Source: an uncultured Clostridia bacterium (lineage in GTDB: Bacteria > Bacillota > Clostridia > TANB77 > CAG-508). Taken from it: a stretch of 64,000 nucleotides of DNA. The stretch is taken from positions 268,299 through 332,298 of the forward strand of contig CAKOSX010000001.1 in the NCBI GenBank assembly GCA_934119935.1, given 5' to 3'. How positions within the stretch are numbered: the first letter of the stretch is position 1; each line of letters starts with the position of its first letter. This document shows, piece by piece, positions 28,957-38,012 of this stretch. A program made the translations under genes and the position numbers. The notes beneath the pieces were generated by a model, which saw only the letters and a list, made by a program, of their open reading frames with translations, did no database searches and had not been told where the DNA came from.

Positions 28957-29277
28957 ATGGATGACGAGAAAATAACAAATAACTCTGAGGATGAGCTAGA
29001 GAGCAGCATCATGGAGTTAGAAGATGAAGATGGAAAAAAGGTAAAATTTGAATGTTTGGATTATATAGAATATGACAATGAAGAATATGCAGTTTTATTA
29101 CCAGCTGATGAAGAAGATAGCGACGAGCCAGGAGAAGTTGTAATATTAAAAGTTGAAGACAACGACTCTGATAGTGAAATGTTATCATACGTTAGTGTTG
29201 ATGATGCAGAGATTTTAAACAAAGTTTTTGACATATTCAAAGATAAATTTAAAAACGAATTTGACTTCGTAGACTAA
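28957..29277 (+). CDS. DUF1292 (YrzB-like) acidic small protein
   Basis: ELEDEDGKKVKFECLDYIEYDNEEYAVLLP… pattern of the DUF1292 family; conserved position after ruvX. Confidence 0.7.
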   Translation: MDDEKITNNSEDELESSIMELEDEDGKKVKFECLDYIEYDNEEYAVLLPADEEDSDEPGEVVILKVEDNDSDSEMLSYVSVDDAEILNKVFDIFKDKFKNEFDFVD

Positions 29278-29283
29278 TTAAAA

Positions 29284-29322
29284 AAACTATTGAGAATATG
29301 TTGTATTTTCAATAGTTTTTAT
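29284..29322 (+). terminator. Rho-independent terminator
   Basis: AAACTATTGA…TCAATAGTTT hairpin plus T-run. Confidence 0.6.
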
Positions 29323-29345
29323 TTGTTAAAACAGGAGAGGAAAAA

Positions 29346-29819
29346 ATGCAGAAATTTAGTACTTGGATGGTATTGTCTTTAGATGTAATGTTTTGGATAT
29401 TAAGAATTATAGCGGCTTTAACCAATACAATGGCGATTGATTTCATGATAAAGCCAATAGATATGAATATGGAAATTATAATGATATTTGTTGCTTTAGT
29501 GTCATTTGTTTTAATTGCGAAAAGAAAATTCTTAGGTGCAATTATATATATGATTGGTTATTTTGGCTATTTTGGAGTTGCATTAGTAACTAATCTACAA
29601 AAAATGACAACTACAGGTGGAAGCGTAAACGATTATGGTACAGTAATGTTTTCTCTAGTTGGAGTAGCTCTGCCAATATTTACTTTTTTAGACTTATTAC
29701 TAGATAAAAATAGACAATTACATCCTACAGATAAAAAAACAGATTGGTTTTATAAAGATGAAAAATACGATATGAAAAAGGATGAAAGAGCAGACAAAAA
29801 TAATTACAGGACTTTATAG
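29346..29819 (+). CDS. Hypothetical integral membrane protein (4 TM)
   Basis: GGAGAGGAAAAAATG RBS, hydrophobic helices. Confidence 0.5.
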   Translation: MQKFSTWMVLSLDVMFWILRIIAALTNTMAIDFMIKPIDMNMEIIMIFVALVSFVLIAKRKFLGAIIYMIGYFGYFGVALVTNLQKMTTTGGSVNDYGTVMFSLVGVALPIFTFLDLLLDKNRQLHPTDKKTDWFYKDEKYDMKKDERADKNNYRTL

Positions 29820-29906
29820 TATGAACAATTTAAACGAAATTTATATAAATTTACTAAAAGTATACTCAGCAATTAAAGCAAAATAGAGATAAAAAAGGAA
29901 ACTAAA

Positions 29907-30335
29907 ATGATTAATACTAGATTAACTCAAAAAGCCATGATTATAGCATATAATGCCCATAATGGACAAGCAGATAAAGCGGGAGTTCCATATATATATC
30001 ACCCAATACACGTCGCAGAGCAAATGACAACCGAAACAGAATGCATAGTTGCATTGCTACATGATGTTGTGGAGGATACAGAGGTTACCTTTAAACAGTT
30101 AGAAACATTCTTTTCTGGTGAAGTAATCGAAATACTTAAATTATTAACTAGAAATGAAAATGCAGATTATTATGAATATATAAAAAAAATAAAAAAGAAT
30201 CCAATAGCTAGAAAAGTAAAAATTGCTGATTTAAATCATAATCTTGATATTACACGACTAAACGAGATCAAAGAAGAAGACATGAAGAGAATTGAAAAAT
30301 ACAAAAAAGCGATGAAGATTTTAAAAGGAAAGTAA
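29907..30335 (+). CDS. Small HD-domain phosphohydrolase (RelA/SpoT-N-terminal-like HD, possible (p)ppGpp hydrolase type)
   Basis: HPIHVAEQM…LLHDVVEDT HD motif; AAGGAAACTAAAATG RBS. Confidence 0.6.
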   Translation: MINTRLTQKAMIIAYNAHNGQADKAGVPYIYHPIHVAEQMTTETECIVALLHDVVEDTEVTFKQLETFFSGEVIEILKLLTRNENADYYEYIKKIKKNPIARKVKIADLNHNLDITRLNEIKEEDMKRIEKYKKAMKILKGK

Positions 30336-30366
30336 AAACGTTGCAATACAATGCAACGTTTTTGTG
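30335..30366 (+). terminator. Rho-independent terminator (AACGTTGCA…TGCAACGTT plus TTTTT)
   Basis: Perfect 9-bp stem immediately after the stop codon. Confidence 0.8.
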
Positions 30367-30475
30367 CTTTCAGACCATTGATTTCTGACTGCTGCTTTCT
30401 GTACTGATCAATTAATTTTTAAAAAATAGAAAATATAATAAGAAAAAATATACTCACATAAAAGAAGATTGAAAG

Positions 30476-30504
30476 TTGACGTAACAACGTAAAAATGTTA
30501 TAAT
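30476..30504 (+). promoter_or_regulatory. Strong sigma-A promoter (TTGACG, 17 nt spacer, TGtTATAAT extended -10)
   Basis: -35 30476-30481, -10 30499-30504, about 105 nt upstream of the 30611 start. Confidence 0.55.
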
Positions 30505-30610
30505 GAAATATGCAAAAGCAATCTTAAATACAAGAAAGGAGAACGTTTTGTAAGCAATCACGTAACTTCCAAATAGTTAATATTTGGAATACAAGCAAGA
30601 GAGGTTTTTT

Positions 30611-31444
30611 ATGAAAAAGACAAATAATTGCGAGAAAATACGGATCGATGGTGCATTTACAACAAATGATTCAGTTACATTTGTAACCGAAGTAAATGGC
30701 AAATGGTTTGCTACCAGGGCAAAAGAGTTTAACCATTGCATAAAAGTTGAAAAATGTGAAGCTATCGTTTTAGAAGGAGCTTCATTATTTAAGACTGATT
30801 ATGAAACAGAAGGAATCAGAGCAAGGTTTATGGCAGTGCTAACGGCAATTGTTTTGATTTTGGCTGCGTTTAAAATAACGGCAGTATACAAAAACATAAT
30901 GGCAGTGACTATCGTAAGCGCATTCTGCATTGATTTCATCTTTTGGAAAGGATCTATCATTAATTATTTCGTGAAATTTTGGAGTCAATTCGGAAAGAGT
31001 CAAGAAAAAGCTCTACATGCAGCAACACACAAGGTGATTAACGCCTATGAAAAGCTAGGATTCGTACCTAGCAACGTTGAAGCAAAGAGATATAGCCAAT
31101 TTTCCGTTGACTGCGAAAACTCGAAAAATAGCTTAGGAATTTGCACTTTGATCATCATGTTTTCAATCGGATGGGTAAAAGGAGATTTTATCACACCTGA
31201 AATGACAGTATTGATGTATGGAGTTGCATTAATTGTATATGCAATAATATACGAATTTGGGTTATATAAATATATATCCTACTATTCCGTAAAAAATCCG
31301 AACAAACATGAACTTGCCATGGCAGTATACGCTTTACGAGGACACATCGAATTCGTGAGCCAAGCCATAATAAACGAAGAAGAAGCTTTGAGCGAGGTAC
31401 AAAAAGAAATCGTAATTTCGAAAGAAGAAGCAAACACCATCTAA
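30611..31444 (+). CDS. Hypothetical membrane protein (N-terminal soluble domain, 5-6 TM)
   Basis: Start moved to ATG at 30611 (AGAGAGG RBS) instead of the ORF-track 30584. Confidence 0.5.
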   Translation: MKKTNNCEKIRIDGAFTTNDSVTFVTEVNGKWFATRAKEFNHCIKVEKCEAIVLEGASLFKTDYETEGIRARFMAVLTAIVLILAAFKITAVYKNIMAVTIVSAFCIDFIFWKGSIINYFVKFWSQFGKSQEKALHAATHKVINAYEKLGFVPSNVEAKRYSQFSVDCENSKNSLGICTLIIMFSIGWVKGDFITPEMTVLMYGVALIVYAIIYEFGLYKYISYYSVKNPNKHELAMAVYALRGHIEFVSQAIINEEEALSEVQKEIVISKEEANTI

Positions 31445-31470
31445 AAGTAAAAAACAAGTAAAGTGAGGAA

Positions 31471-31509
31471 AAGCAAATAAAAGCAAATAAAAGCAAATAA
31501 AAGCAATAA
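31471..31509. repeat. Short tandem repeat (AAGCAAATAA)x about 4
   Basis: Direct reading; intergenic, downstream of the 30611 gene. Confidence 0.7.
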
Positions 31510-31585
31510 AATGCAAAAAACAAAAAATAAAAAAAATACAAAACGTGATTCGAATTATCGCTAGCATTCTAGTGATAAAAGGCAA

Positions 31586-31629
31586 AAAGCAGGGCTATGA
31601 AGAACAATACTTCATAGTCCCTGCTTTTA
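31586..31629 (+). terminator. Rho-independent terminator (GCAGGGCTATGAAG…CTTCATAGTCCCTGC plus TTTT)
   Basis: 14-bp stem and T-run. Confidence 0.75.
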
Positions 31630-31637
31630 AAATTGGG

Positions 31638-31670
31638 TGTACAATTTGGGGACGGAGAAAAAATTGTACA
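31638..31670. repeat. Copy 2 of TGTACA-flanked motif TGTACAATTTGGGGACGGAGAAAAAATTGTACA
   Basis: Matches 391-425; immediately after the terminator, upstream of the rbgA promoter. Confidence 0.6.
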
Positions 31671-31937
31671 TAAATAAAAACATAATAACAATATATTTGG
31701 GCTATTTTGTTGAAACAGTGAATCAAGATGAGAAAATTACTTTATTAAATCAAATAAATGTGATATAATGGGAAAGAATGTTAAATAAGAGTGTAAGGAG
31801 TGCTATTTTAGCTGAAGAAGATTTTTGAGTAAAGTAAATAAGAAAAAATATAGAGTCAAACAAGATAAATTATATAAATCAGACTTTGATAATTTTTTAA
31901 ATGAAACAAGAATGATAGAGAATGGAAGTGATAAATA

Positions 31938-32894
31938 ATGGATATGTATCAAAAAAGAGAAATGAGAAAAAATAAAAAAATGAACGAAGATACAAAAAGT
32001 TTACCATCAATGGGTATCAACTGGTTCCCTGGTCACATGGCAAAGACTATGAAACAAATAGAACAAGATTTAAAACTTGTGGATATAGTAATTGAATTAT
32101 TAGATGCAAGAATTCCGCTATCAAGCCAAAATCCAAACTTTCATAAATTAATTGGAAACAAGGACAAAATAATTATATTAAATAAAAGTGATCTTGCTGA
32201 TGAAAAAGAAAATACAAGATGGATAAACTATTTTGCCAAACAAAATATTCCAGCAATATTGTTTGATTCAACAAAGCAATCTGACGTTTCTAAAATAATA
32301 AATAAGATAAATGAAATAATGCAGGAAGAGAGAAAAAAGCAAGAACAAAAAGGAAGAACCAATAAAATTGCACGAGTAATGGTATTAGGAATTCCTAATG
32401 TTGGAAAGTCTTCATTTATAAATAGAATTTCTAACAAGACTGCGATGCAAGTTGGAAATAAGCCAGGTGTTACAAAACAAAAACAATGGATAAGACTCAC
32501 GAACAATATAGAATTGTTAGACACACCGGGCGTACTTTGGCCAAAACTTGGTAGCAATGAAGTCTCTCTAAATTTAGCTTATACAGGAACAATAAAAAGT
32601 GAAATTATAGATGAGACTGAAATTGCATATAATCTTACAAAATTTTTACTTGAAAATTACAAGGAAAACGTGATCAGACGTTATAAATTAAATCCGGATG
32701 AAGTCGAAAAAGTGCTAAAAAATGAAGAATTTGAAGAAAATGAGAGAATTGTAGAGGTAATGAATTATATAGGAAAAGTTAGAGGAGCTATCCAAAGAGG
32801 TAACACAGTCGATTTGGACAAAACTTCAAAAATAATATTAAACGATTTTAGAAGCGGAGATATGGGAAAAATCACATTGGAAATTGCAAAATAA
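31938..32894 (+). CDS. rbgA: Ribosome biogenesis GTPase A (YlqF/RbgA), with a short N-terminal extension
   Basis: INWFPGHMAK…, circularly permuted GTPase motifs (NKSDL…GIPNVGKSS…DTPG). Confidence 0.85.
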   Translation: MDMYQKREMRKNKKMNEDTKSLPSMGINWFPGHMAKTMKQIEQDLKLVDIVIELLDARIPLSSQNPNFHKLIGNKDKIIILNKSDLADEKENTRWINYFAKQNIPAILFDSTKQSDVSKIINKINEIMQEERKKQEQKGRTNKIARVMVLGIPNVGKSSFINRISNKTAMQVGNKPGVTKQKQWIRLTNNIELLDTPGVLWPKLGSNEVSLNLAYTGTIKSEIIDETEIAYNLTKFLLENYKENVIRRYKLNPDEVEKVLKNEEFEENERIVEVMNYIGKVRGAIQRGNTVDLDKTSKIILNDFRSGDMGKITLEIAK

Positions 32895-32936
32895 TAAATT
32901 TTGATATAGAAAATGAAGAAAGAGTGAAAATAATAC

Positions 32937-33344
32937 ATGAAAAATGATTTAATAGAAAGAAAAAAGGACGTGGCAGAAGTCAATACGATGTCACCTTTAA
33001 CATGGGCATATGTTGGAGATGCTGTGTTCGAGCTGTTAATAAGAACACATTTAATAAATAAAACTAGATTAAAGCCACATATGTTGCATATAGAAGCTAT
33101 AAAATATGTAAAAGCAGACGCACAGGTTGAAATACTAAGAAGAATAGAAGATAAGCTAAGCACGGATGAGATGGAGATTGTTAGACGTGGAAGAAATGCT
33201 CAAAATCATCATGTACCTAAAAATGCGACAGTTGAAGAGTACAGTTATGCTACTGCTTTTGAAGCATTAATTGGCTACTTATATCTAACAAAACAAGACC
33301 AAAGATTAAAAGAAATATTAGATATGTGCATAAATGAAAACTGA
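32937..33344 (+). CDS. mrnC: Mini-ribonuclease 3 (Mini-III)
   Basis: LTWAYVGDAVFEL…RRGRNAQ…YATAFEALIGYLYL matches the MrnC/YazC family. Confidence 0.85.
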   Translation: MKNDLIERKKDVAEVNTMSPLTWAYVGDAVFELLIRTHLINKTRLKPHMLHIEAIKYVKADAQVEILRRIEDKLSTDEMEIVRRGRNAQNHHVPKNATVEEYSYATAFEALIGYLYLTKQDQRLKEILDMCINEN

Positions 33345-33432
33345 CAAAAATATGAAGCAAACTAAAAAAATTATTTAAAATTAGTTGACTTAGAACGAGA
33401 AAAATGTTATAGTAAGTAAGTAGTTTGCATAT

Positions 33433-33507
33433 GGCCCCTTGGTCAAGCGGTTAAGACGCGGCCCTCTCAAGGCCGAATCATGGGTTCGATTCCCGTAGGG
33501 GTCACCA
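33433..33507 (+). tRNA. tRNA-Glu, anticodon CUC (75 nt, CCA encoded)
   Basis: Manual fold: 7-bp acceptor, D and T arms (TTCGATT loop), anticodon stem CGGCC/GGCCG with loop CTCTCAA; overall very similar to Bacillus tRNA-Glu. Confidence 0.8.
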
Positions 33508-33515
33508 AACTCTAA

Positions 33516-33555
33516 AACCTAGAACGCTTATATTTTAAGCATTCTAGGTTTTTTC
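33516..33555 (+). terminator. Rho-independent terminator after the tRNA
   Basis: CCTAGAACGCTTA…TAAGCATTCTAGG plus TTTTTT. Confidence 0.8.
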
Positions 33556-33627
33556 TAATTTAAAATTAGACCTAATTTTGTAATACTTTGAATAATAATA
33601 TTCAAATGTGAAAAAAATGTCGATAAA

Positions 33628-33701
33628 ATACGAACAAAAATTTGCAAAAACTGTTGACAAAATGAAAAAGAAAATGTAATATATATACGAACAAAAATTT
33701 G
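33628..33701 (+). promoter_or_regulatory. recN promoter region: TTGACA (33654-33659), 17 nt spacer, TAATAT (33677-33682), flanked by two identical 17-mers ATACGAACAAAAATTTG (33628-33644, 33685-33701)
   Basis: Direct reading; the 17-mers contain a CGAAC half-site reminiscent of Firmicute LexA (Cheo) boxes. Confidence 0.4.
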
Positions 33702-33714
33702 GAGGCTGGCATTT

Positions 33715-35343
33715 ATGATTACTACATTACATATAAAAAATATAGGAATAATTGATGACATAATTATAGATCTAAATAAGGGATTAAATGTTCTTACAGG
33801 TGAAACAGGTGCGGGAAAAACCTTGATTGTTGATTCTTTGGGAATAATTGCAGGGGGAAGATTCTCAAAGGAAATGATAAGAAAAGGGCAGAGTGTTTCA
33901 TTTGTAGAATTAGGATTATATTTGCCTGAAAATCCTAATGCAATTGATGGAAATATAATTGTTTCAAGAGAAATAAATACAGCAGGAAAGAATTTATGCA
34001 AAATAAATGGTAGATTAGTAACTGTAAATGAATTAAAGAATTTTATGAAAAATATAATAGATATTCATGGACAGTATGATAATCAAACATTAATGGATAC
34101 AGAGTTTCACACGAAATATTTAGATAAATTTATTGGGGAGAATATAAAAAAAACAAAAGATACTTATTTGGAGTTATACAATGAATATGTAGAATTAAAG
34201 AATAGGTTAAAGAATAATTATGGAGATGAAATTGAAAAACAAAGGAAATTAGATTTGTTAAAATATCAGCAAAAAGAAATAAAAGCGGCAAATTTAAAAT
34301 CATCAGAAGATGAACAATTAGAGGAAAAAAGAAAAATAATAATGAGTTCGGAAAAAGTTGCAGAATCACTTAATATTGTAAGTAATAATTTAGAGGGCAC
34401 GATAATTGACGTTATAAACGATTCAATAAGATCACTTGAGAAGATAGAGGATGTAAATGATAAATACAATAAAAAACTTATAGAATTAAAAAATGTATAT
34501 TATGAAGTACAGGAAATTGCAAGAGATATATATTCAATGAAGGAAGACGTATATTTTGATGAAAGTGAAAGGAATCAAATAGAAGAAAGACTTGACGAAA
34601 TTTATTCATTAAAAAGAAAATATGGCAATACAATAGAAGAAATATTAGAATATAAAGACAGGTTAGAACAAGAAATTGATAAGATAGAAAATCTTGATGA
34701 AGAAAACAAAAGAATAAAAGAAAGAATAAATGAAATTGAAAAAGAAATGAATGTACTTTGTGATGAAATAAAGATTCAGAGAACAAAAAATGCAAAAATA
34801 CTCAATGAAAAAATAAATGTTGAGTTAGAGCAACTCGAAATGAAGAATGCAAGATTCAATGCTAAAATAATAGATGACAATGAATTTGGAATTAATGGAA
34901 AATGCCACGTTGAATTTGTAATATCAACTAATTTAGGTGAAGAGGAGAAAAAACTAAACAAGATAGCATCTGGTGGAGAAATGTCTAGAATAATGTTAGC
35001 AATAAAAACTGTGTTATCTGATATTGACGAAGTTCCGGTACTAATCTTTGACGAGATAGATACAGGAATTAGTGGAAAAGCTGCAAATGCTGTAGGTGAA
35101 AAATTGAAAAAGATTGCTAAGAAACACCAAGTGTTAATAGTAACACACTTAGCAACAATTGCTGCACAGGGAGAATTTAATTATTATATATATAAAGAGG
35201 TTAAAGAAAATAAGACAAATACTAAGATAAAGCTATTAAATGAGGAAGAAACTATAAAGGAGATAGCAAGGATTGCATCAGGAGATATAACAGAGATTTC
35301 ATTATCACATGCTAGAGAGTTAAGGAAAAAAAGGGTCGCTTGA
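33715..35343 (+). CDS. recN: DNA repair protein RecN
   Basis: N-terminal Walker A GETGAGKT, long coiled coil, C-terminal ABC signature and D-loop (LIFDEIDTGISG). Confidence 0.9.
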   Translation: MITTLHIKNIGIIDDIIIDLNKGLNVLTGETGAGKTLIVDSLGIIAGGRFSKEMIRKGQSVSFVELGLYLPENPNAIDGNIIVSREINTAGKNLCKINGRLVTVNELKNFMKNIIDIHGQYDNQTLMDTEFHTKYLDKFIGENIKKTKDTYLELYNEYVELKNRLKNNYGDEIEKQRKLDLLKYQQKEIKAANLKSSEDEQLEEKRKIIMSSEKVAESLNIVSNNLEGTIIDVINDSIRSLEKIEDVNDKYNKKLIELKNVYYEVQEIARDIYSMKEDVYFDESERNQIEERLDEIYSLKRKYGNTIEEILEYKDRLEQEIDKIENLDEENKRIKERINEIEKEMNVLCDEIKIQRTKNAKILNEKINVELEQLEMKNARFNAKIIDDNEFGINGKCHVEFVISTNLGEEEKKLNKIASGGEMSRIMLAIKTVLSDIDEVPVLIFDEIDTGISGKAANAVGEKLKKIAKKHQVLIVTHLATIAAQGEFNYYIYKEVKENKTNTKIKLLNEEETIKEIARIASGDITEISLSHARELRKKRVA

Positions 35344-35423
35344 GCTAACCAAAATAAAAAAACATTTACATATTGAGTTTTCTAGTATATAATATAAACA
35401 TCTAAAATAGAAAAGGTGAGAAT

Positions 35424-36164
35424 ATGTTTAATATAGATAGAAGAATAATATATGCGATTATTGCGGTGTTGGTGATATCATCGGTTATTCAATATGCACA
35501 AAATCCAATGGAGTTACTAGCTCTGCTTTTAACTCTTCCTGGAGTAATAATTGCTATAACATTTCATGAATTTGCACATGCTTATGTTGCATATAAACTT
35601 GGAGATGATACACCTAGAAGACAGGGAAGAGTAACTTTAAATCCACTAGCTCATATTGATCCGGTAGGTTTCTTCATGTTAATATTTGTGCATTTTGGAT
35701 GGGGAAAACCGGTAGAAATAAATCCAACAAACTTTAATAGAAAAAGATCTATGGCCAAACAAGAGATGCTTGTTGCACTTGCGGGACCTCTTATGAATAT
35801 AATAATTGCCTTGATATTAACAATTATATTATTTGCTATTAATACTTTTGCACCATCATTCACAATTACGATGACTGGATTGATAATTTCATTAGTGATA
35901 CAAATGGCAATAAGCGTTAATATAGGGTTAGGAATATTCAATTTAATTCCATTACCACCATTAGATGGTTCAAAAATATTTATAAATATTTTGCCATATA
36001 AAGCTAAAACATGGTTTCAAGATAATATACAAATATTCTATATTATCTTTGTAGTATTATGGGTAACAAATTTAATGGGATACATAATTTCACCTGTAAT
36101 AAGTGTGGTATCAAAAGGAATTTATGGATTGGTATCTGCAATCTTTGGAATTTTTAAATTATAA
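35424..36164 (+). CDS. Site-2 protease family (peptidase M50) membrane metalloprotease
   Basis: HEFAH in TM helix and downstream NLIPLPPLDG motif. Confidence 0.65.
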   Translation: MFNIDRRIIYAIIAVLVISSVIQYAQNPMELLALLLTLPGVIIAITFHEFAHAYVAYKLGDDTPRRQGRVTLNPLAHIDPVGFFMLIFVHFGWGKPVEINPTNFNRKRSMAKQEMLVALAGPLMNIIIALILTIILFAINTFAPSFTITMTGLIISLVIQMAISVNIGLGIFNLIPLPPLDGSKIFINILPYKAKTWFQDNIQIFYIIFVVLWVTNLMGYIISPVISVVSKGIYGLVSAIFGIFKL

Positions 36165-36181
36165 TATAGAAGGCGAAAAAA

Positions 36182-37175
36182 ATGAAAGATATATTAATAA
36201 TGCGGAATAGAGTCTAGTTGTGATGAAACATCTATAGCAATAGTAAAAAATGGAAGAAAAATATTATCAAATGTGATAGATACACAAATAAGTATACATG
36301 AAAAATTTGGTGGGGTTGTGCCAGAAATAGCATCTAGAAATCATGTTGAAGCAATTTCAAATGTAATGAAAAAATCATTGGAAGATGCAAAAGTTGAAAT
36401 TAATGATATCGATGCTATTGCATGTACGTATGGCCCGGGGTTAGTTGGTGCATTACTTGTTGGAGTTTCATATGCAAAGGCGCTTAGCTATGCACTAGAT
36501 AAGCAACTTATTGCTGTTAATCATATAAAGGGGCATATAGCGGCAAATTATATAACTCATGAAAAGTTAGAACCACCATTTTTATGTATGATGATGTCTG
36601 GGGGAAACACTCAAATTGTATTAGTAAAAGACTATAATAGTTTTGAAATATTAGGCAAGACAAAAGATGATGCAATTGGGGAAGCTTTTGATAAGGTTGC
36701 AAGAGTTATAGGCTTAGGATATCCAGGAGGACCAAAGATAGACAGACTTGCACGTGATGGAAAACCTAATATAGAATTACCAAAAACACATTTTGATAAT
36801 TTAAATTTTAGCTTTAGTGGAATAAAAACAGCGGTTATAAATTTAAATCATAATAAAAAAGATATAAACAAGGCTGACCTCGCCGCAAGTTTTGAAGATA
36901 CAGTATCTCAGATATTAGTGTCTCATATAAAAGAAGCGATAAAATTAACAGGAATCCACAAGGTTGTGTTAGCGGGTGGAGTATCTGCTAATACATATAT
37001 CAGAAGAAAATTTGATGAAATGGCTCAAGAAGAAAAATTAGAAATATATTATCCAGAAATAAAATTATGTACAGATAATGGAGCTATGATTGCTTCTGCT
37101 GGATATTATGAATTTATAAATGGAAATGTATCAAATTTAGAGTTAAATGCAATACCAAATTTAACTCTTAGTTAA
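36182..37175 (+). CDS. tsaD: tRNA N6-adenosine threonylcarbamoyltransferase TsaD, interrupted by a +1 frameshift at codon 7 (extra C at 36203)
   Basis: Without the C at 36203 the frame reads MKDILIMGIESSCDETSIAIV… joined to the ORF-track product (…ISIHEKFGGVVPEIASRNH…); as written the N-terminal motif is lost. Confidence 0.75.
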
Positions 37176-37187
37176 GGGGAAATAAAT

Positions 37188-37880
37188 ATGTCTATATATG
37201 CAATATCTGATTTGCATTTATCATTTAATACAAATAAACCAATGAACATATTTGGATGGAATGATTATGAAGAAAAAATAAGAGAAGATTGGGATAATAA
37301 GGTAAAAGAAGATGACTTGGTTTTATTGCCAGGGGATTTTTCGTGGGAAATGAAACTAAACACTACATATAAAGACTTTGAGTATATTAACAATTTGCCA
37401 GGAAAGAAACTATTATTAAAAGGAAACCATGATTACTGGTGGACAACTTTAAAAAGTATGAGAAAATACTTGGAAGATAATAAATTAAAAAATATAGATT
37501 TTATATATAATAACAGTTATGAATATGAAGGATATATTATAACTGGAACAAGAGGCTGGAATTTAGCTCCAGACAATCAAGATGATAAAAAAATAGAAGA
37601 AAGAGAACTTATGAGGCTTGAAAACTCTATAAAAGATGGAATAAACAAGTATGGAGAAAAGCCCATAATTGTTTGCATGCATTATCCACCTCTATTAAAA
37701 GATTATAAAGAAAGTGATTTTACTAGAATACTTGAGAAATATAACAATGTAAAATTTTGTCTATATGGACATTTGCATGGCAAAAGTCATGTAAATGTAT
37801 TAGAGGGTATCCGTAATAATATAGATTATAGAATGGTAAGTTGTGATTATACGAATTTCCAGCTGATAAAAATAGTATAG
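37188..37880 (+). CDS. Metallophosphoesterase (calcineurin-like)
   Basis: SDLH…GDF…GNHDYW motifs. Confidence 0.65.
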   Translation: MSIYAISDLHLSFNTNKPMNIFGWNDYEEKIREDWDNKVKEDDLVLLPGDFSWEMKLNTTYKDFEYINNLPGKKLLLKGNHDYWWTTLKSMRKYLEDNKLKNIDFIYNNSYEYEGYIITGTRGWNLAPDNQDDKKIEERELMRLENSIKDGINKYGEKPIIVCMHYPPLLKDYKESDFTRILEKYNNVKFCLYGHLHGKSHVNVLEGIRNNIDYRMVSCDYTNFQLIKIV

Positions 37881-37940
37881 TAAAGAAATTTGATAGTAAC
37901 ATTAATTTTATTAAAAAGACTCACAATATCTAAAAAATGC

Positions 37941-37968
37941 TTGCAATATACGGAATTTGTGGTATAAT
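37941..37968 (+). promoter_or_regulatory. tig promoter (TTGCAA, 16 nt spacer, TGgTATAAT extended -10)
   Basis: -35 37941-37946, -10 37963-37968. Confidence 0.45.
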
Positions 37969-38012
37969 AAACTAGCAATTTAATGAAAAAACAAGAAAGG
38001 ACTTGAATTTAA

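Noticed and set aside
31471-31509. Possible CRISPR-like or functional repeat array (AAGCAAATAA)n
   Set aside because: It is only 10-bp units without spacers, simple-sequence slippage; no cas genes anywhere in the window
33555-34001. Minus-strand 148-aa ORF overlapping the recN 5' end
   Set aside because: It is antisense to recN, which has a GGAGG RBS and a conserved N-terminus; no RBS or coherent domain
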